A DNA stretch of 62,888 bases from Weeksellaceae bacterium (GCA_030535475.1 JAUNRT010000003.1:1-62888), one strand, 5' to 3'. Shown: positions 39,038 through 49,859, counted from the first letter of the stretch. Program-made: numbers and translations. The notes: generated by a model from the letters alone, not told the origin.

Positions 39038-40312
39038 ATGAGTTGGTATACTAGACAAGAATTGAGGCAGTTTAGAAACCCGTGGACGGAAAATACGCAC
39101 AAGTATATTCTAAACTTGTTCGAGGCCAATTGGGGTGGGGTTGCCTACACAGTGCTAGGGATTTCTGCCTTGCTAGTGGTGGGTATATTTCTGGATATGC
39201 TGCTAAAACGTGTGATGCTGTTTGTGGCAACACGCTTTGTGGCTATCACCAAACTCACTTGGGCCAAGCATATACTGCAAAGTAGGGTTTTCAACTCTTT
39301 TGTACATCTGACGACCTTGCTGCTCATGCGGGCGCTGACGCCGTTTGTCATGTATCCATATCCTAAGGTGCTAGACTATCTGGGGAAAGGTTTTGAATTG
39401 CTTTTTATCCTCATCATGGCGCAGTTCATTTTTAGGCTCATCGATGCTATTCTATACATCTCAGACTATGAAAACAGCTACAAAACTGTGGCTCTGCGCA
39501 CCTTTGGTCAGCTAATGAAAGTGGTGGGAGTGTTTTTTGTGGTGCTGATAATAATTTCAGTGATTTTCAATGTGAAGCCACTAAATATATTCACTACTCT
39601 GGGTGCTGTGACTGCGATTTTGCTTTTGATTTTCAGAGATGCAATTCTAGGGTTTGTAACAGGTTTGCAAATAGCCTCTAGCCGCACAGTGAAGGTGGGA
39701 GATTGGATAAGTGTACCTAAGCATAATATAGAAGGACTGGTGAAGGAGATTAATTTGATATCTGCCAAAGTGCAGAATTTTGACAAAACAGTGTCTTCTA
39801 TACCTACGTTTGAATTGATAAACACAGAGGTGAAAAACTTTGAACCTATGCGTAATACCAATACGCGTAGAATCAAAAGGGCAATAATGTTCAATGTGAG
39901 TTCTTTCCGTTTTCTGGGTGCTGAAGATTTGGAGCAGTATAAGGAAGTGCGCCTTCTTAGTGGTTATATCAACGAAAAACAGGAACAGTATGACCAGTAT
40001 AATGCTATGTGGGATGCTAAACCCAATGCAAATCTCAATAGCAAAAAACTCACAAACATTGGCCTATTCAGAAAATATACAGAGTTGTACTTGCATGAGC
40101 ATGAAAAGATTTCCAAAAATGATGTGATCATGGTGAGGCAAATGGAGGTAACACCGCAAGGTATGCCGCTGGAAATATGGTGTTTCACCACTACAACGAT
40201 GATGCTGGAATATGAAGCCATAAAAGCCGATATTTTTGACCACCTACTCACGGCAAGCAAGGAGTTTGGTCTGGAAGTGAGCACCGTGATCAATCTGAAA
40301 AATGAACAATGA
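39038..40312 (+). CDS. Mechanosensitive ion channel family protein (MscS-like)
   Basis: TM3/beta-domain sequence ..RDAILGFVTGLQIASSRTVKVGDWISVP...EGLVKEINL..; ATG at 39038 preferred. Confidence 0.8.
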   Translation: MSWYTRQELRQFRNPWTENTHKYILNLFEANWGGVAYTVLGISALLVVGIFLDMLLKRVMLFVATRFVAITKLTWAKHILQSRVFNSFVHLTTLLLMRALTPFVMYPYPKVLDYLGKGFELLFILIMAQFIFRLIDAILYISDYENSYKTVALRTFGQLMKVVGVFFVVLIIISVIFNVKPLNIFTTLGAVTAILLLIFRDAILGFVTGLQIASSRTVKVGDWISVPKHNIEGLVKEINLISAKVQNFDKTVSSIPTFELINTEVKNFEPMRNTNTRRIKRAIMFNVSSFRFLGAEDLEQYKEVRLLSGYINEKQEQYDQYNAMWDAKPNANLNSKKLTNIGLFRKYTELYLHEHEKISKNDVIMVRQMEVTPQGMPLEIWCFTTTTMMLEYEAIKADIFDHLLTASKEFGLEVSTVINLKNEQ

Positions 40313-41049
40313 AAATGACAAAACTCAGTGTAAACATTAATAAAATAGCCACTTTGCGTAACGCAAGAGGTGGTAATGAACCCAATGTGCTGTTGGCTGC
40401 CATAAGATGTCAGGAGTTTGGAGCTCAAGGCATCACGGTACATCCACGGCCAGATGAGCGCCACATACGCTATTCTGATGCTTATGAACTGAGAGAAGTA
40501 GTGCACACAGAGTATAATATAGAAGGTAATCCTATCCCAGAATTTGTGGATATGGTGTTGAAGATAAAGCCTGAACAAGTAACTTTGGTGCCAGACGGTG
40601 ATGACGTCATCACCTCCAATGCCGGCTGGGATACAGAAAAGCATCAATCTTTTCTATCTGAAGTCATACAGGAATTCAAATCAAATGGCATACGCACAAG
40701 CATTTTTCTAGATCCGAAACCGGAATTTATAGAGAGTGCCGCCAAAACTGGTGCAGACCGCATAGAGTTATACACTGAAGCATTTGCGGTGGGATATGGT
40801 AAGAAGGAAGGTCAGCAAGCTATCCAAGCCTACAAAGAAACAGCCCTGCGCGGCGTAGAATATGGATTGGGTATAAATGCCGGGCATGATTTGAGTCTTG
40901 ACAATATTGAATTTCTCATTAAAAATATCCCAGAGATCAATGAGGTATCAATAGGGCATGCCTTGATCTCTGAAGCTCTATATTTGGGCTTGGAAAACAC
41001 CATACAGATGTATTTAAGAAAGATAGAATTGGCTCAAAAATCAGAATAA
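40309..41049 (+). CDS. pdxJ: Pyridoxine 5'-phosphate synthase
   Basis: LSVNINKIATLRNARGG and ITVHPRPDERHI are canonical PdxJ motifs. Confidence 0.93.
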   Translation: MKMTKLSVNINKIATLRNARGGNEPNVLLAAIRCQEFGAQGITVHPRPDERHIRYSDAYELREVVHTEYNIEGNPIPEFVDMVLKIKPEQVTLVPDGDDVITSNAGWDTEKHQSFLSEVIQEFKSNGIRTSIFLDPKPEFIESAAKTGADRIELYTEAFAVGYGKKEGQQAIQAYKETALRGVEYGLGINAGHDLSLDNIEFLIKNIPEINEVSIGHALISEALYLGLENTIQMYLRKIELAQKSE

Positions 41050-41826
41050 ATGGCACCCCTTTTACATCATAAAAGCATGGGAGATGCTCCCGAGCATCTA
41101 CTCATTGTTCACGGTCTTTTTGGGCAACTTGACAACTGGAATACATTGGCCAGATCATTTGCAGAACATTTTACAGTTCATTTACTAGACTTGCGAAATC
41201 ATGGACGCTCTTTTCATCACAGTGATGCAAGTCATGGCGCTATGGCTCAAGATCTCGTAGACTACATGCAAGAGCAGGGAATAGAAAAAGCGCATATGAT
41301 TGGTCACTCACTAGGCGGGAAAGTAGTGATGAAATTGGCCATATCACACCCTGAACTTATAGATAAAGCCATTATCGCGGACATAGCGCCCGTAGAGTAT
41401 CCTCCGCAACATTTGGAGATATTGGAAGGATTGCAAGCGGTAGATTTTGAAAAAATTGAAGAAAGAGCTGAAGTAGATGAGGTTTTGAAAAATCATATAA
41501 GATCTACTGCTGTGCGTCAATTTTTGCTGAAAAACGTTTTCAGAACTAAGGAAGATAAATTTGCTTTTAGATTCAATTTGCAAGCTCTGAAAGACAGCTA
41601 CTATGAACTGATCGGCAACTCGTTGGTTCCCGGGGACATGTCTAGCAACGAAATGCTTTTCTTGTATGGTGGCCAAAGCGATTATGTGGCGGAAGATAAT
41701 AAGGCGCTAATTCAAGGGTTTTTTCCAAATGCAAAATTTGATGTTATAGAAAAAGCCGGACATTGGTTGCATGCTGAGGCTCCGGATGAATTTCTTGAGA
41801 AAAGCCTTGACTTTCTACAAGGGTAA
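41050..41826 (+). CDS. Alpha/beta hydrolase (YbfF-like esterase)
   Basis: HGLFG oxyanion region, GHSLGG nucleophile elbow, and a C-terminal GHWLH. Confidence 0.8.
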   Translation: MAPLLHHKSMGDAPEHLLIVHGLFGQLDNWNTLARSFAEHFTVHLLDLRNHGRSFHHSDASHGAMAQDLVDYMQEQGIEKAHMIGHSLGGKVVMKLAISHPELIDKAIIADIAPVEYPPQHLEILEGLQAVDFEKIEERAEVDEVLKNHIRSTAVRQFLLKNVFRTKEDKFAFRFNLQALKDSYYELIGNSLVPGDMSSNEMLFLYGGQSDYVAEDNKALIQGFFPNAKFDVIEKAGHWLHAEAPDEFLEKSLDFLQG

Positions 41827-42013
41827 AATTATTTATCCTTAATGTGATTTCTATTTTTGACGTAGAAATTGTGTCTTTTAAACACTGATTATCATTGCTT
41901 CGAAAGTTTCATAGGTGACATAGTTCATACTGAATTATGATCGCTAAAATTGCCTGATGAGTAAATTGGACAAATTGTTGAATAATAACAATCTCTAAAA
42001 ACTCTAAAAGGAA

Positions 42014-42717
42014 ATGAAACAGTTTGTAGTTTTAGTGGTAACAATGCTATTGATGAATGCTTGTACTCTAAATGAGAGCACGAATGAAACTTTGAATGGA
42101 GAGTTGAATACTGTACCTACAATCATGGAAAAAGACAAATTTGGAATCTCCCAAAATCAAGCTTTTTTAGACAAATTCCGATTGGTGCAGGTAGATACAC
42201 TTTTGTTCAACCCTGTGAGCTACGGTGAGGCTGCGATTGGGCCAAAAATAACGCAAGAAGAATTCGACTATTGCCATCGAGTTTTGAGGTTGATTCTCCT
42301 TGGAGTTCTGTAGAGGATTATGAAGCTTTTTTGAAATTTGAAATCAACACATCACATTACGGTTTGGTAATGCGTACACCGGGGGAATACTCTTACACTT
42401 CTCTCACATTATTCTTCTATGATCGCCAGCAAGATGCATTCGTGGATAAATATTTTGAACTTGCCGATCAAACTGGTGACGCCGGATATTCCGAGGAAAA
42501 ATTCTCATGGCTTTTCAAAGAAGGAGATACTTTGCGTTCGTATACTTATCACAATGAAAAATTGGAAAAGATAGAGCCGTCAGATAATACGGAAACCTTT
42601 GACAGGAGAAACTACTATCTTGTAAGTCTAACGCCGCAAAAATTTGATACACTAACAACAGACTCAGAAAAGCAACAAATTTTTGAGCAATACTGGCAGA
42701 ACAGAAATGTCAAGTAA
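42014..42717 (+). pseudogene. Lipoprotein gene split by a 1-nt frameshift near 42270
   Basis: ORF 42014-42313 has a lipoprotein signal (LLMNAC). ORF 42271-42717 has no plausible own start. The second frame is open from 42229, and adding one T at GACTATTGCC restores ..EEFDYLPSSFEVD... Confidence 0.55.
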
Positions 42718-42875
42718 ATTGGATTGCTAGGCTTTATTTTGCCCGCAATTCACTCATTTTTAGGTATAAGTTTCATGTAGTTGCAAGCAGTACCGGCCAT
42801 TAAATTTTGACTAGGTATTAATAATTTTTCTCTCATTTTTAGAAAAAATTTGACTAGAAAAATTATTTTTGCGGA

Positions 42876-43691
42876 ATGAGGAAGGTTTTTTGGGTTTGGA
42901 TAGTACTGTTTTTTTACTTTGAAGGTCATGCCCAAGCGGACTCTGACCGCAAGATTTTTTACCCTTCATCGGTGGCTTGGGCCAAAGTAGAAGCCAATGA
43001 AATATTTGACAATAAAGTAGGGGTTGGTCTGGACTATGTGCACCGTACAAAAAATATTTTGGGTCAAGGAACCATGTTTGATACACACGCGAGGAGTAGT
43101 ATCAGACCTTGGGTGCATTATCAGTTTGGTACAAATGCCAGAGCCTCCGTATCGCCGATTGGATATTTCATCACCAATGACCACGTTGCCACTGAAGCGG
43201 ATCTCAACAGACCAGAATATCATGAGTGGCGTACCACTTTTCAATATTTTCATCACCACAAACAGCTCAATGGCAGGCTCATGCACACTTGGCGCTACAG
43301 ATATGAGTTGCGCTGGCAAGAACAACCCAGATTTGATAATTATAGATTTTTTACACGATTCCGATTCAGATATAGAATTCGATATGTACTCAATCAAGAA
43401 GATTTTTATGAAAACAATGCCTTGTATGGTATGATTTCCAATGAAATCGGGCTCAATATTGGTAGAAATGTAGTCATGAATACTTTCAATCAAAATAGGC
43501 TTTATGTAGGTCTGGGCTACAGATTTTTCAATTCAGCTAGAGTTGAGTTGAGGTACGTTGATAGATTGCGTACAAGAGGCGCAACAGGCTTTGAAATGGA
43601 TCTGGAAAAAGGTTTCATGGTAGGCTTGTATATTGATCAAATTTCAAATTTGGGTAGACGAAAAATTGAAGGTGTAAGATTTGCAGATTAA
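42876..43691 (+). CDS. DUF2490-like outer-membrane beta-barrel protein
   Basis: Signal peptide plus alternating aromatic/basic beta-strand repeats (WRYRYELRW, RFRFRYRIRY). Confidence 0.65.
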   Translation: MRKVFWVWIVLFFYFEGHAQADSDRKIFYPSSVAWAKVEANEIFDNKVGVGLDYVHRTKNILGQGTMFDTHARSSIRPWVHYQFGTNARASVSPIGYFITNDHVATEADLNRPEYHEWRTTFQYFHHHKQLNGRLMHTWRYRYELRWQEQPRFDNYRFFTRFRFRYRIRYVLNQEDFYENNALYGMISNEIGLNIGRNVVMNTFNQNRLYVGLGYRFFNSARVELRYVDRLRTRGATGFEMDLEKGFMVGLYIDQISNLGRRKIEGVRFAD

Positions 43692-43777
43692 GCGGATAAT
43701 TATTGCAAATCAATACTTTATCTAAAAAAATTCTGAATTTTGTAAGGAAAGGCACATTCATTGCTAATCTTCACTCT

Positions 43778-44584
43778 ATGGATATGAAATATATCGGCTC
43801 AGTTGTATTGTTGTTTGCGTTTCTGGCTTCATGTCAGGAAGAACAAAAGGAAACAATTGAAACCTCAGACTACCAATCAGAATTGGTGCTTGCAAGGCAT
43901 CAAGTAGATTCCTTGCAATTGATTGCCAAAGAATATGAGAGATTACTGCAAGCGGTAATGCACAATAAGCATGGCGATAGAGCACATGCCGATTCGCTGT
44001 GGAATATTCTGGAGCACAATGGAGATGAACGAATGACTATACTCATCAACAACCTTCAAGAGCACAAAGAACTGAAAGGTTTAGCGGATTTGCCTCCGGA
44101 AAAAGAAATTGTAATAGTGCAAGCAGAAACACCCAAAGCACCTGTAAAACCTATTGTAGAAGAAGAGCCGAAGGAAATTCTAGACCCTATTCCACCGCAA
44201 CGATTGGACGAGAAAAATACAGTAAGCTCACTCACTTTTGTTAGTACCAAGAATGTACTCATAGAGTATGAAGGAGAGATAAGAAATGACAAAGCCAATG
44301 GGCAAGGCGTTGGAAAATTTGAATCCGGAAGTATTTATGAAGGCAATTGGAAAGACAATATGCGTCATGGGAGAGGTACCTTTACTTGGGAAGATGGCGC
44401 TTCCTATACCGGTGAATTTGTAAAAGATGTGAGAGAAGGACAAGGCACTTACCATTTTACCAACGGTGATGTATATGTAGGGAAGTGGGAAAACGATCGC
44501 AGACATGGTCCTGGCGTTTATAAAAACAAGCAAGGCAAAATACTCTATGAAGGTGAGTGGAAGAATGATGAATTTGTGAAGTAA
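43778..44584 (+). CDS. MORN-repeat lipoprotein
   Basis: Lipobox FLASC. C-terminal MORN repeats: YEGNWKDNMRHGRGTF, YTGEFVKDVREGQGTY and YVGKWENDRRHGPGVY. Confidence 0.8.
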   Translation: MDMKYIGSVVLLFAFLASCQEEQKETIETSDYQSELVLARHQVDSLQLIAKEYERLLQAVMHNKHGDRAHADSLWNILEHNGDERMTILINNLQEHKELKGLADLPPEKEIVIVQAETPKAPVKPIVEEEPKEILDPIPPQRLDEKNTVSSLTFVSTKNVLIEYEGEIRNDKANGQGVGKFESGSIYEGNWKDNMRHGRGTFTWEDGASYTGEFVKDVREGQGTYHFTNGDVYVGKWENDRRHGPGVYKNKQGKILYEGEWKNDEFVK

Positions 44585-44726
44585 GATTTTTGCCTTGGGC
44601 ACACCATTTTTACCAAACAATCCTATTCGGTTAAACAAAAATTCTTCTTCAGGCTAAGATTTTAGTTTTTTGTTTTTGAATTGAATGCCGAGCACAGTAA
44701 AAGTACTCCGGACGGAGTGAAAAAAT

Positions 44727-45374
44727 TTACTCGTCATCCAGTATTTCCAACATTTCGTCTATAGTAGTGTTGTGATGTTGCAAATACATGGTTTCATGAA
44801 ATTGCACCAATTTATAGAGCAATTTATGCAGCGTTTCCTTTTCACGATTACTTAGGTTGCCAGATAGCAGTTTAGAGACGTTATTTACATTGGCAGTACT
44901 AGCTAAGAAAACTTTTTTTCCTTTTTTACTTACAGCGATTCTTTTGCTTCTCTTGTCAGTAGGGTCAATAGTTTCTTCAAACAAGCCATTTCTCACCAGT
45001 CTTTTTATAATTTCCAGTCCGGTTTGTTTTTCATGACCGTTTTTTTCTATCAGTTGAATTTTTGTGAGAAACTCATAGTCCATGAGGCGGTACAAGTAGG
45101 TGAAATCCTCATTGGATAACTCGGGAAAATCCTCCATGCCTTTTCGCAGGGTAATTTTTGCGTATCTACCAATCATGAGCAACAATTTGCAGATCTCATT
45201 TTCAAGAGAAATACCCTCAATATCATACTTCTCATAGAGCGCCTTAGGGCTTTCAGAAATATAATGCTGCTCATTGAGCCACACTCGGAAATCATTGAGA
45301 TTACATTTATTAGGATTTGATTTCTCAAAACTCTGCATAGCATCTACAACCTCACGTAAGAAATTAAAATCCAT
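44727..45374 (-). CDS. MarR-like winged-helix transcriptional regulator, divergent from the crt operon
   Basis: wHTH-like region (EKQTGLEIIKRLVRNGL..DKRSKRIAVS.KG). The position is typical of flavobacterial carotenoid clusters. Confidence 0.65.
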   Translation of the reverse strand: MDFNFLREVVDAMQSFEKSNPNKCNLNDFRVWLNEQHYISESPKALYEKYDIEGISLENEICKLLLMIGRYAKITLRKGMEDFPELSNEDFTYLYRLMDYEFLTKIQLIEKNGHEKQTGLEIIKRLVRNGLFEETIDPTDKRSKRIAVSKKGKKVFLASTANVNNVSKLLSGNLSNREKETLHKLLYKLVQFHETMYLQHHNTTIDEMLEILDDE

Positions 45375-45445
45375 AGCTTAAAGATAGATAATTATTTTTC
45401 TAATTTAAATAAATTCAATTAGATTTGTGCTATAAACATCTGACG

Positions 45446-46903
45446 GTGCGTATAGCAATTTTAGGATCAGGTTTTTCTTCCCTTTCTGCAGCAACGTATT
45501 TGCAAAAATATGGGTGCCAAGTTACTGTATTTGAAAAAAATGAGCAAATCGGCGGGCGAGCTTCTGTTTTAGAAGAAAACGGATTTCGGTTTGACATGGG
45601 ACCAAGTTGGTATTGGATGCCGGATGTTTTTGAGCGATATTTCGCTGATTTCAACTACAAACCTTCAGATTTCTATTCTTTAGAAAAATTAGACCCTGCC
45701 TACAGGGTGATTTTTGGGGAGAATGATTCAATTGATATTTCAGCAAATCTGGAAGAGGTAATCAGCACTTTTGAAAACATAGATCCGGGTTCTGGCAAGC
45801 CCTTGCGAAAATTTATGCAGCAATCTCGTGATAATTACTCCATTGCCATGCAAGACTTGGTTTATGAGCCGGGTATTCGCATCACAGAGCTCATCACACC
45901 TGCTACAGCAAAAAAACTGAACTTGTTTGTTCAAAATATTTCCGGGCAAACCTCCAAAATCACTTCAGACCCTAGACTTCAAAGCATTTTAGACTTTCCA
46001 GTATTATTTCTGGGAGCCAAACCTCAAAACACCCCGGCATTCTATAATTTTATGAATTGGGCAGACTTTGGACTTGGCACCTGGTATCCACAAGGTGGCA
46101 TGCATCAAATAGTACAAGCCATGGAACGCATAGCGCTCGAGCTGGGTGTTGAATTTCATACGGACAACCAAGTCACAAAATTAGAAGTGCATGATCAACG
46201 AATCAAAACAGTGCATACCAACACCGGTACATATGAATTTGATGTAGTAGTAAGTGGTGCTGATTATGCAGCCACAGAGCAATTGTTAGATTCCAAATTT
46301 AGAAACTTTACAGATCAATATTGGCAGAAAAAAACCTTTGCGCCATCGGCAATTTTATTTTATCTCGGTATCAATCAAAAAGTTGAAAAACTGCTGCATC
46401 ACAATCTGTTTTTTGATACAGACTTCAATCAGCACGCGCGTGAGATATATGACAAGCCCGCATTCCCGCAGAAACCCCTTTTCTATGCCAATTTTTCATC
46501 CAAAACAGATTCATCCTTAGCGCCTGAAGGCAAGGATAGTGGGTTTATTCTCATACCCGTTGCAGTAGATTTGGAAGACGATGAGCAAATTCACCAACAT
46601 TATTATGAGCTTGTCATGGAGCGCTTGGAAAAATTCACCGGGCAAGCCTTGAGAGAATATGTTGAATACAAAAAATCCTTTGGCGTTCAAGATTTCAAAA
46701 CGCGATACAATTCATGTAGAGGCAATGCATATGGTTTGGCAAATACACTCATGCAAACCTCCGTCCTACGCCCCGGTATTAGAAACAAAAAACTCAAAAA
46801 TCTTTTCTACACAGGTCAACTCACAGTTCCTGGCCCGGGAGTGCCTCCAGCTCTCATTTCGGGCAAAATTGTTGCAGACTTCATCAAAAAAAATGTTATA
46901 TGA
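45446..46903 (+). CDS. crtI: Phytoene desaturase
   Basis: FAD-binding N-terminus RIAILGSGFSSLSAA and a conserved C-terminal TVPGPGVP. The GTG at 45446 is preferred over the TTG at 45425. Confidence 0.9.
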   Translation: MRIAILGSGFSSLSAATYLQKYGCQVTVFEKNEQIGGRASVLEENGFRFDMGPSWYWMPDVFERYFADFNYKPSDFYSLEKLDPAYRVIFGENDSIDISANLEEVISTFENIDPGSGKPLRKFMQQSRDNYSIAMQDLVYEPGIRITELITPATAKKLNLFVQNISGQTSKITSDPRLQSILDFPVLFLGAKPQNTPAFYNFMNWADFGLGTWYPQGGMHQIVQAMERIALELGVEFHTDNQVTKLEVHDQRIKTVHTNTGTYEFDVVVSGADYAATEQLLDSKFRNFTDQYWQKKTFAPSAILFYLGINQKVEKLLHHNLFFDTDFNQHAREIYDKPAFPQKPLFYANFSSKTDSSLAPEGKDSGFILIPVAVDLEDDEQIHQHYYELVMERLEKFTGQALREYVEYKKSFGVQDFKTRYNSCRGNAYGLANTLMQTSVLRPGIRNKKLKNLFYTGQLTVPGPGVPPALISGKIVADFIKKNVI

Positions 46904-47748
46904 CCAATAGACAGTTATATGACAAAGTGAGTTTTGGAGCTGCAGCAATGGTTACAAAAAAGTATAGCAGTTCCTTCTCTAGATCTATACTTTTTCTAAG
47001 CCCGGAAATACGGCGAAACATTTACAATATCTATGGATTTGTGCGCTTAGCAGATGAAATTGCAGATACATTTCACATCCCGCAAAAAGAAGAAATGTTC
47101 AATGAATTTTGCCAAGAATATCAACACTCGCTTCAACGCGGCATCTCCACCAATCCCATCATACACGCATTTATCGTCACTCAGCAAAAATATGCCATAC
47201 CACAGCACCTGGTAGATTCCTTTTTGCATAGCATGCGAATGGATTTAGGAGACATGCAGCATCTCACAGGTCAGAAATATAGAGAGTACATATATGGATC
47301 TGCAGAAGTAGTAGGGCTCATGTGTTTGGTAGTATTTGTACGCGGTGATCAAGACAAGTATCAACAACTCAAGCCATATGCCCAATCTTTGGGTGCCGCT
47401 TTCCAGAAAGTAAATTTTCTGCGAGATCTACAAGCAGACTACAGTCAGCTCAATAGAAGCTACTTCCCGGGAATAGACTTTGATCAGTTTACAGACACAG
47501 ACAAAATCCAGATCGAAAGAGAAATCCAAAATGATTTTGATCATGCCATCCAAGGCATACGTCAATTGCCCATAGATTCCAGATATGCAGTATATTTAGC
47601 ATACAAATACTACAACAGACTGCTCAGCAAAATCAAGAAAAGAACACCACACCACATACAGCATCACCGTGTGCGGGTCAACAATTTTGAAAAAGTGGTA
47701 TTATTTTCGAAAGTAATGGTCTACAAAACCATAAAAATCACAAAATGA
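46900..47748 (+). CDS. crtB: Phytoene synthase
   Basis: Squalene/phytoene synthase blocks YGFVRLADEIAD and GSAEVVGLM. Confidence 0.9.
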   Translation: MTNRQLYDKVSFGAAAMVTKKYSSSFSRSILFLSPEIRRNIYNIYGFVRLADEIADTFHIPQKEEMFNEFCQEYQHSLQRGISTNPIIHAFIVTQQKYAIPQHLVDSFLHSMRMDLGDMQHLTGQKYREYIYGSAEVVGLMCLVVFVRGDQDKYQQLKPYAQSLGAAFQKVNFLRDLQADYSQLNRSYFPGIDFDQFTDTDKIQIEREIQNDFDHAIQGIRQLPIDSRYAVYLAYKYYNRLLSKIKKRTPHHIQHHRVRVNNFEKVVLFSKVMVYKTIKITK

Positions 47749-48191
47749 AATTTGTAATACTATTCATAGCTTTATTTCTTTCCATTGGGAGTTTTGCACA
47801 AAACCAAAACTTACGCCAAGAGCTAGACCAAGCAGAAAAATCCAAAAAAGCTGCCGAAGCTTTCATGAAAAAACTGCAAAACACCAGCGCAAAAACAGCC
47901 TCAATTGATGGATACACCGCCATGACCCATTTCATACTTGCTAGAGAAACCTCCAACCCTTTCACACGCATGAAGCACTTCAGAGAAGGCAAAGAACTAT
48001 TGGAGAAAACCATTAAGCAAGAGCCAAATCAGCTAGAGTGGAGATTTTATCGCTATATGGTGCAGGACGGCGCACCAGCCATGTTGGGCTATAAAGACCA
48101 GTTGTCCACAGACCTACAATTTATACGCAACAACATCAGCAAAGCCGACGCCGATCTACAAAAACGTATCAAGCAAAACATAAAATTATAG
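47745..48191 (+). CDS. Hypothetical secreted protein embedded in the crt operon
   Basis: Signal peptide MKFVILFIALFLSIGSFAQ. Its start and stop are tightly packed between crtB and crtZ. Confidence 0.6.
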   Translation: MKFVILFIALFLSIGSFAQNQNLRQELDQAEKSKKAAEAFMKKLQNTSAKTASIDGYTAMTHFILARETSNPFTRMKHFREGKELLEKTIKQEPNQLEWRFYRYMVQDGAPAMLGYKDQLSTDLQFIRNNISKADADLQKRIKQNIKL

Positions 48192-48193
48192 AC

Positions 48194-48664
48194 ATGATAT
48201 ACCTATTCTATGCACTGATCACACTGGCAGTATTCGTAGCCATGGAAGCCGTTACATGGCTCACCCACAAGTACGTCATGCATGGATTTATGTGGTATTT
48301 TCATGAAGACCATCACCAGCCGGGCTATCCACAACCCTTTGAAAAGAATGACTTCTTTTTCATCATATTTGCCATACCTAGCATATTGCTCTTCTATTTT
48401 GGCACAGTGCCAAGTATCAATTACCTTTTTTTCATAGGTCTGGGCATACTATTTTACGGCATAGCCTATTTTTTGGTGCATGACGTGCTCATACACAGAC
48501 GCTTCAAATGGTTTGAAAAAACAAATAACCCCTATCTGCAAGGACTACGCAGAGCACACAAGCGCCACCATAAGCATCTTGGCAAAGAAGACGGAGAGTG
48601 CTTTGGCATGCTCTTCGTTCCTTACAGATACTTCAACAACAAATGGAAAAGTACCTCTACCTGA
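48194..48664 (+). CDS. crtZ: Beta-carotene hydroxylase
   Basis: Histidine boxes HEDHH, HDVLIH and HKRHHKH. Confidence 0.9.
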   Translation: MIYLFYALITLAVFVAMEAVTWLTHKYVMHGFMWYFHEDHHQPGYPQPFEKNDFFFIIFAIPSILLFYFGTVPSINYLFFIGLGILFYGIAYFLVHDVLIHRRFKWFEKTNNPYLQGLRRAHKRHHKHLGKEDGECFGMLFVPYRYFNNKWKSTST

Positions 48665-49365
48665 CCCTCAACCTGCTCAGCTTTTCCATTCCATTCCTTT
48701 TCAGCTTTGAGCGCCGTTGGTTGCACTTCATACAGTATTTCAAACCCTATATCCTCGCTATCATAGCCATAGCTATTCCATTCATACTCTGGGATATATG
48801 GTTCACACAAATCGGTGTTTGGGGCTTCAATCCGCGCTATCTCACAGGATTAGATATTTACAATCTACCCATAGAAGAAATCCTGTTTTTCATACTCATA
48901 CCCTATCCCAGCAACTTCATACACTACTCACTGCTGTATTTTTTTCCTAGAACAGCACTCAATCCGCGTTTTGCACGCATTCTCGCGCTTATCTTAGGCT
49001 TAGCAGCCATCGCCGTAGCCATCACACACACACAACGCCTATACACGCTCACATCCTTTGGCACAGCAGGCATACTCCTCTTAGCACAGTATAGATATCG
49101 CTGGCCTATATTCAACAGATACATCCTCTCATTCCTGCTCATACTCATACCTTTTATATTGGTCAATGGTTGGCTTACAGGTAGTTACACACCAGAGCCT
49201 GTAGTATGGTACAATGATGATCAAAACCTCGGCATCAGAGTCGGCACCATACCTATAGAAGACTTCTTCTATTGCTTCACTATGCTCTACAGCTCGGCGC
49301 TGCTCTTTGAACATCTACTCAAAAAATTCAACTACAAAATCCCCAATTGCTGGCAATATGATTAG
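48643..49365 (+). CDS. Lycopene cyclase domain protein (fused CrtYc/CrtYd type)
   Basis: Multi-TM protein with two repeated halves containing PxEE-like motifs (LPIEEILFF, IPIEDFFYC). ATG at 48643. Confidence 0.8.
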   Translation: MEKYLYLTLNLLSFSIPFLFSFERRWLHFIQYFKPYILAIIAIAIPFILWDIWFTQIGVWGFNPRYLTGLDIYNLPIEEILFFILIPYPSNFIHYSLLYFFPRTALNPRFARILALILGLAAIAVAITHTQRLYTLTSFGTAGILLLAQYRYRWPIFNRYILSFLLILIPFILVNGWLTGSYTPEPVVWYNDDQNLGIRVGTIPIEDFFYCFTMLYSSALLFEHLLKKFNYKIPNCWQYD

Positions 49366-49831
49366 AAAGATTGGGCACACCTATCAGCTACAAACCACCA
49401 CACACATCCCTGGCAGCCTAGAGCAAGTTTGGGAATTTTTCTCCACCCCGCACAACCTAGATCGGCTCACACCGCCAGACATGCCATTTACCATAGAGTC
49501 TAGCACCGGACACCGCATGTTTCCCGGTCAAATAATCATCTACAAAGTTGGCGTTCTACCCAAATATACCACACGGTGGGTCACAGAAATCACCCACGTA
49601 CAGCACCGGAAAATGTTTGTAGATGAGCAGCGTTTCGGACCCTATATATTGTGGCATCATTTACACCAATTCAGAGAGGTGGCAGACGGAGTAGAAATGA
49701 CAGATACCGTACACTATCGCTTACCGTTTGGCGCATTGGGCATGCTGGTGGCAGCGAACTACATACGCAAAAGGTTAGAACACATATTTCATTACAGAGC
49801 ACAAATTATCCAAAAGATTTTTCACTCCTAG
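49358..49831 (+). CDS. SRPBCC family protein
   Basis: About 157 aa, START/polyketide-cyclase-like, at the end of the crt operon. ATG at 49358. Confidence 0.6.
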   Translation: MIRKIGHTYQLQTTTHIPGSLEQVWEFFSTPHNLDRLTPPDMPFTIESSTGHRMFPGQIIIYKVGVLPKYTTRWVTEITHVQHRKMFVDEQRFGPYILWHHLHQFREVADGVEMTDTVHYRLPFGALGMLVAANYIRKRLEHIFHYRAQIIQKIFHS

Positions 49832-49859
49832 ACAGTAAATTTTTTTCTTTTTTTTTTTT

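Noticed and set aside
39964-40647. 227-aa minus-strand ORF
   Set aside because: It is antisense to the end of the MscS-like gene and the start of pdxJ, both of which have strong family signatures.
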